From the IMG/VR virus record IMGVR_UViG_2531839666_000016: DNA of 36,379 nt; one strand, written 5' to 3'. Of the stretch, positions 10,080 through 20,473 are shown one piece after another. The position numbers were made by a program, and so were the translations under genes. A model generated the notes under the pieces. The model worked only from the letters and a program-made list of their open reading frames with translations. It made no database searches and was not told the origin of the DNA. The stretch is from a virus (taxonomy: Duplodnaviria; Heunggongvirae; Uroviricota; Caudoviricetes). Positions within the stretch are counted from its first letter, which is position 1, and each line of letters begins with the position of its first letter.

Positions 10080-11575
10080 TATGCAGACTCCTCTGAATAC
10101 TGAAGACGGAACTGGTTAACCACGGCAAAGACACGCAACTGGTTAACATAGTCAGGCGGGAACAGCGTGTTCAGGCGGTTCGGATCGCTGGCATCACGCT
10201 CCACAACCAGGTACTGCTTAAACAGTTCGTAGTTTTCCACGATCCCCGCACGCTCAAGCTGACGGTAGGTTGCCAGCAGTTCCCCTTTGATCACCGCCGG
10301 GGTGACAATCGCCTGACCGGGACCAAAGCGGGTACCGTCGCTGGCAAGCTTGTGACGCCCGTACTTACTGGTAATGACGGATTTCAGTTTGCGCAGTACA
10401 TACGCACTGCTATGCAGCGTCTCGCTGTCGAGGTAGCTGTTATCCGCAACCCCGTAAGCGTTTTTCCTGTACGTGGTGACATCACGCTGAATGCGCAGTA
10501 CCCCGCTTTCGACATACGCCGTTGCCACGCCATGAGACAGCAGGGTCTGTTGTTCGGTCATCGTGAACCGTTTCCCCTTCGGCGCAGGCAGCATACCCAC
10601 CAGCTCACCGGTCTGCGTGGGACGTGCCGGATCGTTGCGGATAAACACCGCTGCGCGGGCGGTACGGCTTGCCGCCAGCTCGTCGGCAGGCGTCTGGGTG
10701 TCTTTTTCGTACCCCGCCAGGGTAATGTGCTGCTGGTTAAACTGGTCACCTGCGGTCACCAGTTCTGACAGCGTGCCGATCTTTGCCGTATACACATGAC
10801 CATACAGCTGACGCGCATAGCTCCAGCGACCGCTGGTATCGTTCATCTCGGTCACCAGCGTGTTAACGGAGGCCGTGTCGTTGAACGGCAGGCCGATATA
10901 ATCAAACGGCTCATCCGCCATTGCAGCCACCGCGCCGGTGAGAACCGGAGCACCCGTTCCGGCGGTACCCGTCGCCACGGCAATCTGTACGCCCGCTGGC
11001 AGCACTTCGCCCCCACCAAAGCCGTAGTAATTGAGGCTGACAGGAATTTCATTCCCGCAAAGCCCCTTATGACGCGCGGTCAGTGTAACCACGCCTGCCG
11101 AAGATGAAGCCGTAAACGGCAGGGCCGGAACGGCATTGATGGCATCCTGGATACTGCTGGCAATCATCGTGACGTTATCGCCGTTAGTCACCGGTGCCTG
11201 CACGCGGGTACGTCCCACATACACATTCACCGTGCCGGTTTCGGTTGCCGCCCCGGTCACCGTCAGCGTAACCGTTGCCGCCGCGCCTGTGGATTCAGGA
11301 ACGGCAATCACATACAGCTCGCCAAACGGGTCAGTCTGGCGATAAGCCTCGACCATACGCGCCAGCTGACTTCCCGCACCACAAATCTGGCGTGCATAGT
11401 CTGCCGACGGCATCAGTACCAGACTGTTGGCAACAATCTCTGCACCGTTATTGGCATGACCAATCAGCAGCGATGCTCCGCTGTCCTGTGCAGTATTCGC
11501 CGCCTGGTTATCCATTTCCGCATAAAACAACGGAACCAGCGTATTCGACGGAATGGTGTTAAAGCTTATCGTCAT
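10079..11575 (-). CDS. Tail sheath protein
   Basis: 498 aa; contractile-tail sheath size; followed by tube gene with ATGA overlap. Confidence 0.8.
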   Translation of the reverse strand: MTISFNTIPSNTLVPLFYAEMDNQAANTAQDSGASLLIGHANNGAEIVANSLVLMPSADYARQICGAGSQLARMVEAYRQTDPFGELYVIAVPESTGAAATVTLTVTGAATETGTVNVYVGRTRVQAPVTNGDNVTMIASSIQDAINAVPALPFTASSSAGVVTLTARHKGLCGNEIPVSLNYYGFGGGEVLPAGVQIAVATGTAGTGAPVLTGAVAAMADEPFDYIGLPFNDTASVNTLVTEMNDTSGRWSYARQLYGHVYTAKIGTLSELVTAGDQFNQQHITLAGYEKDTQTPADELAASRTARAAVFIRNDPARPTQTGELVGMLPAPKGKRFTMTEQQTLLSHGVATAYVESGVLRIQRDVTTYRKNAYGVADNSYLDSETLHSSAYVLRKLKSVITSKYGRHKLASDGTRFGPGQAIVTPAVIKGELLATYRQLERAGIVENYELFKQYLVVERDASDPNRLNTLFPPDYVNQLRVFAVVNQFRLQYSEESA

Positions 11576-11737
11576 CGGTATTCACCTTTTTATTCACGCG
11601 CCGGATATCACCCGCTGCTTCACGGCGCAGCCAGTAGTTGTTCTCGTCAACATTTCGCCCTTCGGCGGGCAAAAGGTCGCCGCGGGCAGGGTCAGGAACT
11701 GACCGCCCTTTAACAGGTTTGACAAACATGAGGATCC

Positions 11738-12298
11738 TCAGGAAGGAAGGGTTATTTCGGTGTGATGTTCGATATCGCCGTCAGGCCCGTTACCGGGCTC
11801 GAGATAATCAACATCAATCGCCAGCGTTTGCAGTTCATCCAGACTGTTCAGATCATCCTGCTGGCGGGTATCGTCTTCAGTCAGCTCGCTGATGACCGAA
11901 AAATCGAACTGATAAATCAGCTCATGACGATTCAGATCCAGCAGCGTGCCGCCGTCATAGGTAATCGGGTTACCGCACGCCTCCGGGTTCCAGCCCAGCA
12001 GAGCCTTAAAGAGCATCTGCCGGACATCGTCCACCACATCATACGAGGCAAACTGACCGCGCTCATCACGCCCGTTACTCAGTATGACAACCACGGAGAA
12101 GCCCTCTTTCAGCTCCTGCCAGTAGTCGGTCTGGCTTTTGTTTTCTCCCGGAGAGTCATCACCCGGTACCACATACGCCGCCGGGAGTCTCAGCTTTCCG
12201 ACCTCCGGCAGATTTTTGAACTGGGCCGCGCCTGCCACCCGGTTTTCAAAATACGGACAGCGGGCACGCAGTGCAGCAATAACAGGCGTCAGTTTCAT
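11738..12298 (-). CDS. Virion structural protein (Mu gp37/38-like, tail completion)
   Basis: 186 aa acidic protein between head-completion genes and sheath. Confidence 0.45.
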   Translation of the reverse strand: MKLTPVIAALRARCPYFENRVAGAAQFKNLPEVGKLRLPAAYVVPGDDSPGENKSQTDYWQELKEGFSVVVILSNGRDERGQFASYDVVDDVRQMLFKALLGWNPEACGNPITYDGGTLLDLNRHELIYQFDFSVISELTEDDTRQQDDLNSLDELQTLAIDVDYLEPGNGPDGDIEHHTEITLPS

Positions 12299-12801
12299 CT
12301 GTGTCGTCGCTCCGGCTTCAGTGATTTACGCAATTCCCGCGCCAGAAAATAGCGTGTCCAGCTGCGGTTCTTTTCAAGCGTTTCCACCATGAAGTTATTA
12401 CGTGGAGCCAGTCGCCAGCCGCTGCCACCGGATGCACCACGATGATGACTACGACGACGTTTTGCTCCTCCCCGGACACCAAAAAACAGAAACGCCGGAT
12501 AGAAGTCACCAGAGATCATCCGGTTCCCCTTCCCGTTGCGCTGGTTAGGGGCAATGCGTGTCATAAAACCGGCTCGCTTTTTACTGGCTCTCGGCACCAT
12601 GTAACCAATCGAACGAGCCAGGCGTCCGGTCTGATAACCGGGGTTTTCACCCGGTGCCGACCGCGCACGGCGCATCACCAGCCGACGGGCATCACGCATA
12701 TGACGCTGACCAATCGTGACAAACGCCCGCCGGACACGGGCGCGGTTAAAGCGCATCTCCGCGGGCTGCTGAAAATCAACGTGTAAAAAGGAAGTCGTCA
12801 T
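12295..12801 (-). CDS. Virion morphogenesis / head-tail joining protein
   Basis: 168 aa basic protein in head-tail joining region; overlapping stop/start with neighbours. Confidence 0.4.
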   Translation of the reverse strand: MTTSFLHVDFQQPAEMRFNRARVRRAFVTIGQRHMRDARRLVMRRARSAPGENPGYQTGRLARSIGYMVPRASKKRAGFMTRIAPNQRNGKGNRMISGDFYPAFLFFGVRGGAKRRRSHHRGASGGSGWRLAPRNNFMVETLEKNRSWTRYFLARELRKSLKPERRHR

Positions 12802-13185
12802 TGTTGCCTCCGTGACTCTGCCTACATTCGCCCAGCTCCGTACACTCCAGCAGCAGAAAGCGCCGCGCCCCGTTCAGATCGCGCTGACGTTTCACCCGGT
12901 ACACACTGTCACCGCAGACCACCTCATAATCAGCGGTGATCCCCCGGCGGTAACGAATGGTGATGTAATGGGTGATGGCGTCCCGGTCTGCGCGGTTTCC
13001 TGCCAGGTGGTGGCACTGGTCTGGATAACCTTCGCCCATGTCCGGAACGTAACCGGGTATTGAGGCTCCACGCCAAAGTTATCCGCGGGCATATCCACCC
13101 GCAGGCGGATCAGGACGCGTTTATTCAGTTCACCGGGGTCCGGCAGAATGTAGGTTGCGCTGGTCTGCGCCTGACGAATTTTCAT
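12776..13185 (-). CDS. Head-tail adaptor / head closure protein, split over two frames by an apparent -1 frameshift near 13020-13035
   Basis: N-terminal half (…FRTWAKV) is in frame of ORF 12892-13185; the C-terminal half (…DAITHYITIRYRRGITADYEVVCGDSVYRVKRQRDLNGARRFLLLECTE) is in frame of ORF 12776-13039. Together they match the usual adaptor pattern. Confidence 0.45.
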
Positions 13186-13511
13186 TGAGGAAAGTACCTG
13201 TACGGGCCGACAAGCCAGCCAAAACTCTGCGGCATGTCGAGTTTCTCCACTTCCGTAACCGACGAGCGGTTTTCGTAAAAATGGCTGATAAGCATCAGCA
13301 TCCCCAGACGAATATCATCCGGCAGGTGCAGCCCGTCCGGATCGCTGTCCGGAATGGTTTCATCCGGTGCATAGAGCTTCCGGTTCAGATACGTTTCCGT
13401 CCGCTTTTGTGCCGCACATGCCAGCAGTTGCAGATGGCGGTCATCAGTATCGAAATCCTCATCCAGCCGGAGTTGGGCTTTAATCTCTTCCATTGTCAGA
13501 AGCATACTCAT
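13182..13511 (-). CDS. Head-tail connector (gp6-like) protein
   Basis: 109 aa beginning MSMLLTMEEIKAQLRLDEDFD, typical of gp6-like connector proteins; downstream of capsid gene. Confidence 0.55.
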   Translation of the reverse strand: MSMLLTMEEIKAQLRLDEDFDTDDRHLQLLACAAQKRTETYLNRKLYAPDETIPDSDPDGLHLPDDIRLGMLMLISHFYENRSSVTEVEKLDMPQSFGWLVGPYRYFPQ

Positions 13512-13708
13512 CCCTCTTTACTGGTCGTGGCTTTTTTCTCTTTTGCCGCTTTACTGCTTTTTGCACTGATTCCGCGCTCTGCTAACCCGGCCTGAAGTGC
13601 AATCTCCTGCACCCGGGCAGGAAGCGCCCCGTCGTCATACTCACCGGCCTGAATGACCTCAACACGCATACCGTCCGGTGACCATTTCAGATCTTGTTTC
13701 AGGATCAT
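13508..13708 (-). CDS. Small hypothetical head protein
   Basis: 66-aa ORF between capsid and connector genes with overlapping stop/start; no recognisable domain. Confidence 0.3.
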   Translation of the reverse strand: MILKQDLKWSPDGMRVEVIQAGEYDDGALPARVQEIALQAGLAERGISAKSSKAAKEKKATTSKEG

Positions 13709-13757
13709 GATTCTTCACCCGTCAGAACAGGGGGCGCGGTTCCGCACCCCTGAGTGA

Positions 13758-14963
13758 TTACGCCGCTGCAATCTTCAGCAGTTTGATGGCCTGCGAATCG
13801 ACCAGCATCCCGCCGGTGCGCTTGGTGGTATAAAAACCGACAAACGGTTTATTGGTGTACGGGTCACGCAGAATGCGGGTGCCGATACGGTCAACGATGG
13901 TGTAACCCCGTTTGAAGTTACCAAATGCAATGGCTTTCGCATCAGCGGCGATATCCGGCATCTGTTCGTTTTCAGCGATACCGTAACCCGCCAGAGAGGA
14001 CGGCTGTCCCAGTTCCAGCCCCGGACGCCACAGATAGTTACCCTCGCTGTCTTTAAGCAGACGGATGGCAAACAGGCTGTTGTTGTTCATCATGAACTTC
14101 GCGCCAGTGCGGTGTGCCTTTCGCAGCGTGTAAATCAGTTTGATAATGGCGTCTGCGGTCACCCCCGTCGCTTCGCCGGATACAATATGCTGAAGTTTGC
14201 CGAACGCCCGGACCTTATCGGTTTCATCAGTGGATTCATACGCCAGGAACCCTTTCGGCTTCTTGGTACCATCGCCGGTGGTAAAGGCAATTTCTTCCTG
14301 TTCGGCAAATTCGGTTGCCAGCTCGCTGTTGATCCATGCTTCCACGTTGAAAAAGGCATCATCCAGCATTTTCTGGGTGGCCTGCGGGTTACCGTAGATT
14401 TCCCCCATGAAAGGTTCAATCAGGCCCAGTTTTGAGGTGGCAGTCTGGGAGCGCGCGTCAGTCTCGCCAACCCATCCGGAAGCCGTGCCGCCCAGATTCA
14501 CCAGTTTTTTGTAGTCGGAACCACCAACGGTGATCACCGTGGCTTCCTGGCGCATCACCACTTCATCTTTCAGCAGGGTGAGAATGTTGCGATCCAGTGC
14601 TTCCGGCACGGCATAGCCGCCGTCTTCATCGGTGCCCACCTGTAATGCCTTGCGCTCCAGATCGCGCAGGCCATCTTCACGGCCTTTACGCAGGAAGCCC
14701 ACAAACGCTTCTTTATGCTCGGTGGCCAGTTTATTTTGCGCACCACCTGCCGGACGTTTCAGCTCAAGCAGCTCTTTTTCAAGATCGCTTTTGAGGTTTT
14801 CCAGCTCGCTGAGTTTCCCGTTCAGGGTTTCCACCTGCCCGGCAAGTTTGCCTTTTTCCTGCTCAATCGCATCCACGCGCTTGTCGTTCTTTGCTTTGAA
14901 GTCGTCAAACTTCTGCTGCAGCTCCTGCGCGACCTGTTCGACATCTTTAATATCAACCGCCAT
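13758..14963 (-). CDS. Major capsid protein (HK97-fold, with N-terminal coiled-coil delta domain)
   Basis: 401 aa; N-terminal charged coiled-coil region followed by capsid body; downstream of protease. Confidence 0.85.
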   Translation of the reverse strand: MAVDIKDVEQVAQELQQKFDDFKAKNDKRVDAIEQEKGKLAGQVETLNGKLSELENLKSDLEKELLELKRPAGGAQNKLATEHKEAFVGFLRKGREDGLRDLERKALQVGTDEDGGYAVPEALDRNILTLLKDEVVMRQEATVITVGGSDYKKLVNLGGTASGWVGETDARSQTATSKLGLIEPFMGEIYGNPQATQKMLDDAFFNVEAWINSELATEFAEQEEIAFTTGDGTKKPKGFLAYESTDETDKVRAFGKLQHIVSGEATGVTADAIIKLIYTLRKAHRTGAKFMMNNNSLFAIRLLKDSEGNYLWRPGLELGQPSSLAGYGIAENEQMPDIAADAKAIAFGNFKRGYTIVDRIGTRILRDPYTNKPFVGFYTTKRTGGMLVDSQAIKLLKIAAA

Positions 14964-14977
14964 CGTATTTCTCCTGA

Positions 14978-15664
14978 TTAGAAGTTCAGATTTTTCAGTG
15001 CATTCAGTGCAGAGCCCACATCCTCAGCGTCGCGCAGGGACAGTGCGCCATAGCCCCCGGCCATGAATGCTTTGGCCTGGGTACGGGAGAGTCCGACATC
15101 ACGCAGGACTCTTTCGATTTTTTTCTGTTCGGGGATTTCCCCGCGGGCCAGTGCGTTCTTGACGTCGCTGATCCGCGCCTCGTCGTTAGACGGAAACGTC
15201 ACCAGACTGACTTCCCAGAGGTCGATTTCTTTCAGCAGAAAGGCTTCTTTCGTCCGGTCGTATTCCCAGTCCTTCAGGACGTACCCAATAGAAAGGCCGG
15301 TTAACGAACCGGCCTTCATGTGTGCATGTGCGCGTTTTGCCAGGGGATCATCATCAATGAGCAACCGCCCTCTGACGTAAAGCCCGACATCGTCTTCCTT
15401 CATTTCGGTGTAAACACCGATGGGCTCATCCATGCGGTGCTGCCAGAGCAGCGCAGGTAACGCTTTTCTGTCACTCCACGCCCGCAGGGACGCAGCAAAT
15501 GCCCCGGACATCACCACATCATCGTGACTGTCCTTTACACCAAAGACGGAGCCATATCCTTCAAACTCACCGGAGTCACTGACAGATTTCAGACTCAGCG
15601 GTACATCAAGACGTTGTTTCGTCTGCATTGGCGTTATCCTTCTGCTTACCGGCTTTACTGCCAT
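14978..15664 (-). CDS. Prohead protease (HK97 family)
   Basis: 228 aa between portal and capsid genes; start overlaps portal 3' end. Confidence 0.8.
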   Translation of the reverse strand: MAVKPVSRRITPMQTKQRLDVPLSLKSVSDSGEFEGYGSVFGVKDSHDDVVMSGAFAASLRAWSDRKALPALLWQHRMDEPIGVYTEMKEDDVGLYVRGRLLIDDDPLAKRAHAHMKAGSLTGLSIGYVLKDWEYDRTKEAFLLKEIDLWEVSLVTFPSNDEARISDVKNALARGEIPEQKKIERVLRDVGLSRTQAKAFMAGGYGALSLRDAEDVGSALNALKNLNF

Positions 15665-16847
15665 CGGAGGGTTTCGTGGTCATGTTCATCGGTGTGAGAT
15701 AGACATCACCACCGGGACGCGGATTCATATCTTCCAGGTCGCGGCAGTCATTGGGAGAGTAAATTCCCCAGTTAATCCCGGTGGCGTAGGCTTCAAAACG
15801 GGACTTCATATCCCCGCGCAGTAACGCCCCGGCGTTAAATTTGGCGTAATAAACACCCTGCTTACTTTTTCGTACCAGTCCGGTGTTGATCCGCTGCTCA
15901 ATGCGGGTCAGATACGGCACCAGTGAATAGTTGATAAATCCGAGCCCCAGCTCTTCGATATTGTTGAAGGTGGCGCGATCGGTGTTCTGCACCATGTGCA
16001 ATGGCACACGGAACAGACGACAAATTTCTTCAAGCTGAAACTTGCGGGTTTCCAGGAACTGGCTGTCCTCGGCGTTCAGCGCCATCGACTTCCAGTCCAG
16101 CCCCATCTCAAGGATCATCGGGCGGTGAGCATTACCAAGCCCGGTGTGACGCTCCTCAAAATCTTTCTTCAGGCGCTCGTAAGCCTGATCTGACAGCGTC
16201 TGCTCTGTACGCAACACACCCGACGTCACCGCACCATTGCTGAACAGTCTGGCCCCGTGCTCTTCGGTCGCAGCTGCCAGCGATATTGCCTCGCGGGCAT
16301 AGGCGATGGGATTCAGCCCCACCAGACCGTCCAGCGTCAGCGTGCGCACATGCCAGATATCCTCCTGGGTCAGCACATCCGTGGAGCCGTCCGGGAATGT
16401 GACCTGATAGACCGGCTCCCAGCTACTGTTAAGCTTCGGTACCACACAGCCAGGATCGACGGGCAGCAGTTCAGCCACTTCGCCAAATGCTTTCACTTTG
16501 TAGGCGTAAAAGTTTCCCCGCAGGCACAGACAGGTGACCACCAGCTCCCAGAACTCCTGCGGCGTCATATAGCTATTGGGATGCGTGGAGATCAGCTTAT
16601 GCAGACGTTCGCCGGTGGCTCTCTGTTTCAGGCTGCCGTTCAGGTGATACAGATTGCAGGGCAACATCCCGACCGACTCTGCCAGCCCCCTGACGCAGGA
16701 AAAAACCGCCGTCAGTCGCATGGCCCGCTGGCTGCTGATCTGCTTTCCGGTATAGGTGTCATATGACAGCCCTATAGCATCCGCCAGCTCTGCTGGGGGG
16801 GTCACCGGCGCGTCACTTTTTCGTTGAAATAATCCCGAAAAGAACAC
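15606..16847 (-). CDS. Portal protein (HK97 family)
   Basis: 413 aa following terminase large subunit. Confidence 0.8.
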   Translation of the reverse strand: MFFSGLFQRKSDAPVTPPAELADAIGLSYDTYTGKQISSQRAMRLTAVFSCVRGLAESVGMLPCNLYHLNGSLKQRATGERLHKLISTHPNSYMTPQEFWELVVTCLCLRGNFYAYKVKAFGEVAELLPVDPGCVVPKLNSSWEPVYQVTFPDGSTDVLTQEDIWHVRTLTLDGLVGLNPIAYAREAISLAAATEEHGARLFSNGAVTSGVLRTEQTLSDQAYERLKKDFEERHTGLGNAHRPMILEMGLDWKSMALNAEDSQFLETRKFQLEEICRLFRVPLHMVQNTDRATFNNIEELGLGFINYSLVPYLTRIEQRINTGLVRKSKQGVYYAKFNAGALLRGDMKSRFEAYATGINWGIYSPNDCRDLEDMNPRPGGDVYLTPMNMTTKPSDGSKAGKQKDNANADETTS

Positions 16848-17029
16848 TATTTACCTCCGCCGACAGACAGCTGTGTACGGTCGAGATATCGCGCCACCAG
16901 CCACGACCAGAACAGACACAACGCCCCGGCAACAACAAACCCCGCCGGGGGATAAATCAGCCAGGCACCATACGCCAGCAAAAGCGCCCCCAGCACGCCC
17001 ACCAGAGGCGCGAGAATCAGCATGATCAT
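16847..17029 (-). CDS. Small hydrophobic protein (two predicted TM helices)
   Basis: 60-aa ORF between terminase and portal; entirely hydrophobic. Confidence 0.3.
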   Translation of the reverse strand: MIMLILAPLVGVLGALLLAYGAWLIYPPAGFVVAGALCLFWSWLVARYLDRTQLSVGGGK

Positions 17030-17040
17030 AATTACCTCAG

Positions 17041-18774
17041 TTAAAGCGAGCGGATCCCGTAGGACTCAATGTGGTCAGACAGCGTGTCTTCTTTCTCATA
17101 CAGCATGGCTCTGCCAACCGCCATAATCAGCGCAACTGCACCGTCAATTTTGTTTTCCGCCTGCTCTTTGACGGGCTTCACCACATCATCGTTACCCGGA
17201 ATAGTTTTGCCGACCACGTTGCCGATACACCAGGTCATGATGGGATTGCCATCATGATGAAAGCGCCCCGATTCAATTGCCGCTTCCAGCTCTTTCATCG
17301 GATCGGACATGTTGGTGTAGTTCTGAATGATGGTGATGGGGTTCAGGTCTTCATCAGCAAGGTCATGTGACAGCCCGGTCGCCCCGAAGGGGTCGATGGG
17401 TGACTCGCTGACCGGGCTGATTTTGTTCGCCGCTTTGGCCTCTTCGAGGATGTAGCGATAATCCACCTCTGCACCATCGGTAACGGTCAGGACGCCCATT
17501 TCCACCCATTTCTGAAAGCGTTCGGCTGTCCGGCGATCTTCATTTTTCTCGACGCTGTACACCGTGTCATACGGTACCCAGAAACGCGGGGCCACACTGT
17601 AGTAATGCGTTTTACCGTCAATCTCGCGGGTATAAAGTCGCGCCATGCTGTTCATATCCAGCTTACGCGCCAGGTCAAAGGCCAGAATGCACGGCTGCCC
17701 CTCGAACTGCTCAAGAGTCAGTGATTTATCCTCGCAGCTCTGCCAGCTCACCAGGTTGAAATACGCCGAACGCGCCGACACCCAGATATTGAGGTGTTTT
17801 GTTTTAAAGACGTTTGCCAGACGGGCGTTATTTTTCGCACGTTGCTGCTGGCTTAACAAAAACTCGCGATAAACCGACACACCGATATTCGGGTTAGCTT
17901 TTTCAAGTACCTGCGGGTCGGTCCAGTCGTCGCCTTCGTCAACGGTATAGATGATCCCGAACAGTTCATCGTTGGGCACCGAGCCGTTGAGCATCTCGAT
18001 GACTTCCCGCCGTTTGTCGTAGCACGGCCCCTCAATGTTGTACCCGGCGGTGGTAATGGCCCACATCAGTGGCTGACGTCGCGCCCCCATCCCGGTAAGC
18101 ATCGTGGTGTAAAGCGCATCTGTGGCGTGCTCGTGATATTCATCCACCACCGCACAGTGGGGTGATGAACCATCACCGGGGTTACCAATCAGCGGTTCAA
18201 ACCGCGCCCCATCCTCCGGACGGTTCATGTTTGAGGCGTTAACCTCAATCCCGAACGCTTCCGTCAGCATGGGTGTGCGTTTACACATCAGTCGCGCCGG
18301 GCGAAAGACTTCCCACGCCTGTTTCTCTGTCGTGGCACCGGAATACACTTCCGCGCCAAACTCGTTATCACAGGCAAAACAATACAGGGCAACACCGGCA
18401 GAGATTGCCGATTTGCCGTTCTTACGGGGGATTTCGGTATACACCTCCCGGAAGCGGCGCAGCCGGGAGCCTTTATTGACCCAGCCAAACGCGCAGCAGA
18501 TCACAAAGAGCTGCCACGGCTCCAGCGTGATGGGCATCCGTTTAAATGCCCACTCACCCTTGGTGTGCGGCAACAGCTGAATAAATTTGGCGGCCCGTTC
18601 AGCCAGATCCTTGTCGAAGCGGTAACGAAACGACTTACTTTTTTCCGCCATCAGGTCATCAAGATGGCGCTGGCAGGCCTGAATCACAAACTGGCAGGCC
18701 ACAATCTTTCCGCGCACGACATCCCGGGCATACTGATTGGCAGCATTTACGTTGGGGTAAGATTTCCGGCTCAT
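17041..18774 (-). CDS. Terminase large subunit
   Basis: 577 aa; ATPase and nuclease regions recognisable by eye; follows terminase small subunit. Confidence 0.9.
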   Translation of the reverse strand: MSRKSYPNVNAANQYARDVVRGKIVACQFVIQACQRHLDDLMAEKSKSFRYRFDKDLAERAAKFIQLLPHTKGEWAFKRMPITLEPWQLFVICCAFGWVNKGSRLRRFREVYTEIPRKNGKSAISAGVALYCFACDNEFGAEVYSGATTEKQAWEVFRPARLMCKRTPMLTEAFGIEVNASNMNRPEDGARFEPLIGNPGDGSSPHCAVVDEYHEHATDALYTTMLTGMGARRQPLMWAITTAGYNIEGPCYDKRREVIEMLNGSVPNDELFGIIYTVDEGDDWTDPQVLEKANPNIGVSVYREFLLSQQQRAKNNARLANVFKTKHLNIWVSARSAYFNLVSWQSCEDKSLTLEQFEGQPCILAFDLARKLDMNSMARLYTREIDGKTHYYSVAPRFWVPYDTVYSVEKNEDRRTAERFQKWVEMGVLTVTDGAEVDYRYILEEAKAANKISPVSESPIDPFGATGLSHDLADEDLNPITIIQNYTNMSDPMKELEAAIESGRFHHDGNPIMTWCIGNVVGKTIPGNDDVVKPVKEQAENKIDGAVALIMAVGRAMLYEKEDTLSDHIESYGIRSL

Positions 18775-18880
18775 GATTCGATAATTTTCAGAAACGGGTT
18801 AGTGGCTTTCTTCTGCCCCGCCAGGCCAATCAGACGCTGGCGGCTGCTGGGGTCGAGTCCGAGCATTGCCCCCGTACTGC

Positions 18881-19273
18881 TCATCTCGGACTCCTGTTCT
18901 TTTTGGCGGTCAGCTCAGGATTTTTGACCATACCGCCCATTGCACCGGTGATGGTGTTGCCCTGTCTGGCAATATTTTTCACGGCACGTCGCCAGAACTC
19001 GTAGGCCACGCACCACCGCTCAAGCACCGCGAGGTCAGTCACGCACAGCAGGCCCTGACCGCAGAGTTCTTTGGTTGTCAGTTGCCACATGATCGTGGCG
19101 AGAGGGAGATCTTCTTCAGCGAACCACTCCGGTGGCTCAACACCTTTGATGGGCGTAAAAACAGGTTCATCTTTGTTCAGGGCTCGCTTGCCGGGATTTC
19201 CGGCCAGCGCCTTGCGCGCCGTTGGCTTGGGGCGACGCCCGGAACGCCCCGCCGTTCCAGCCATATGCGGCAC
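18881..19273 (-). CDS. Terminase small subunit (P27 family)
   Basis: 130 aa basic protein immediately upstream of large subunit and downstream of HNH endonuclease. Confidence 0.65.
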   Translation of the reverse strand: MPHMAGTAGRSGRRPKPTARKALAGNPGKRALNKDEPVFTPIKGVEPPEWFAEEDLPLATIMWQLTTKELCGQGLLCVTDLAVLERWCVAYEFWRRAVKNIARQGNTITGAMGGMVKNPELTAKKNRSPR

Positions 19274-19388
19274 TCCTGGTTAAATTTCATTTTTCGCGGG
19301 TATAAAAAACGATGGGGCGGGCAGTCCGGAAGACGTCAGGTCACAGGGATTTGACCCGCCCCTCCCCTGTGGCAGTGGGAGCTGGTTC

Positions 19389-19739
19389 TTACTTCAACCG
19401 TTCACGGGCCGTCTTCGCCTTATGACACGGCCAGCACAGGCTCTGCAGATTGCTGTCGGCATCAGTGCCGCCATGCGCTTTAGGGATGATGTGGTCAACG
19501 GTTTTCGCCTCACGTACCACACCACCACGCAGACATAACTGACACAGTCCTTTGTCACGCTTGAGCACACGTTCACGGATAACATCCCATTTCGAACCAT
19601 AACCGCGCTGGTGTCTGGACTGGCCCGGCTTGTATTGCTTCCAGCCTTCACTTTTGTGGCTTTCGCAATAGCCTGACGGGTCAGTTGTGGTATGGCGGCA
19701 GCCGCGAACACGGCAGGCTTTTGGGGTTCGTGGTGGCAT
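19389..19739 (-). CDS. HNH endonuclease (terminase-associated)
   Basis: 116 aa with Cys-rich zinc-finger-like pairs and the HNH-type motif DHIIPKAHGG...N...H; typical position upstream of terS. Confidence 0.85.
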   Translation of the reverse strand: MPPRTPKACRVRGCRHTTTDPSGYCESHKSEGWKQYKPGQSRHQRGYGSKWDVIRERVLKRDKGLCQLCLRGGVVREAKTVDHIIPKAHGGTDADSNLQSLCWPCHKAKTARERLK

Positions 19740-19770
19740 TAATCGACTCTCTTTACGCTTATCAATGCAT

Positions 19771-19794
19771 AAAAAAGCCTCGCATCAGCGAGGC
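19771..19794 (-). terminator. Intrinsic terminator (minus strand)
   Basis: Hairpin GCCTCGC-loop-GCGAGGC followed on the minus strand by a T run. Confidence 0.5.
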
Positions 19795-19850
19795 TCAGTC
19801 TATCCCATGAAGGGAAATATAGAGGCGATTCCGTCCATTGGACAAGCAAT

Positions 19851-19875
19851 AAAAAACCGCCCGAAGGCGGTTTTT
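19851..19875 (-). terminator. Bidirectional intrinsic terminator just after the moron cassette stop
   Basis: A6-CCGCC-CGAA-GGCGG-T5; lies 4 nt downstream of the stop of ORF 19879-20457. Confidence 0.6.
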
Positions 19876-19878
19876 ACA

Positions 19879-20457
19879 TCATGCATATGCATAATTTTCT
19901 TCTGCAACAAGCTTTGCAACCTGTCTATCAGGAAGAAGTAAAACAGCCTGCTCTAGGCTTTGTTTTTCAGTGAGTAACTCTAAAAATTGGTTGGCTGTTT
20001 GCAGAACTTTTGCCACAGACCAAATTGTTAACATAATTGGAAGAGAATATATAATCAACATTAAACTATTGAAAAGCAAAACCTTATCCAAGATTTTAGC
20101 TGATTCTCGTATCGTTGCTATTAACTTCCCGTTATCACATTTCTGAAAAAGTTCAACCTCACGTTTGATCCTTGCCTGTATCTCTGGATTAGCACTGAGC
20201 CGCCTTTGAGCCCTCACTCTGTTGGGCAAAGTCATAAGGTGCAAACGATTGATTGCGTTGTTTAAGGCCTCATGTACAAGCTCAGCCGCTTGTACATCAT
20301 CTTTACTTTCATTCGAAATTATTTGATTTCTAACTATATCTCTCAGTTCAAAAAGCTTATTGCGGTAATGCAAACGAACAGATGGAAGTAGTATCCTTTC
20401 GTAAATAAAATGCACTGCTGCCATACATAACAGCACATAAAAAAGCACTGTCAGCAT
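19879..20457 (-). CDS. Moron-encoded membrane protein (N-terminal and C-proximal TM helices, central coiled region), function unknown
   Basis: 192-aa ORF in markedly AT-rich DNA; hydrophobic segments LTVLFYVLLCMAAVHFI and LLFNSLMLIIYSLPIMLTIWSV; terminator immediately downstream. Confidence 0.55.
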   Translation of the reverse strand: MLTVLFYVLLCMAAVHFIYERILLPSVRLHYRNKLFELRDIVRNQIISNESKDDVQAAELVHEALNNAINRLHLMTLPNRVRAQRRLSANPEIQARIKREVELFQKCDNGKLIATIRESAKILDKVLLFNSLMLIIYSLPIMLTIWSVAKVLQTANQFLELLTEKQSLEQAVLLLPDRQVAKLVAEENYAYA

Positions 20458-20473
20458 AGTTTCTCCTTAGGGA

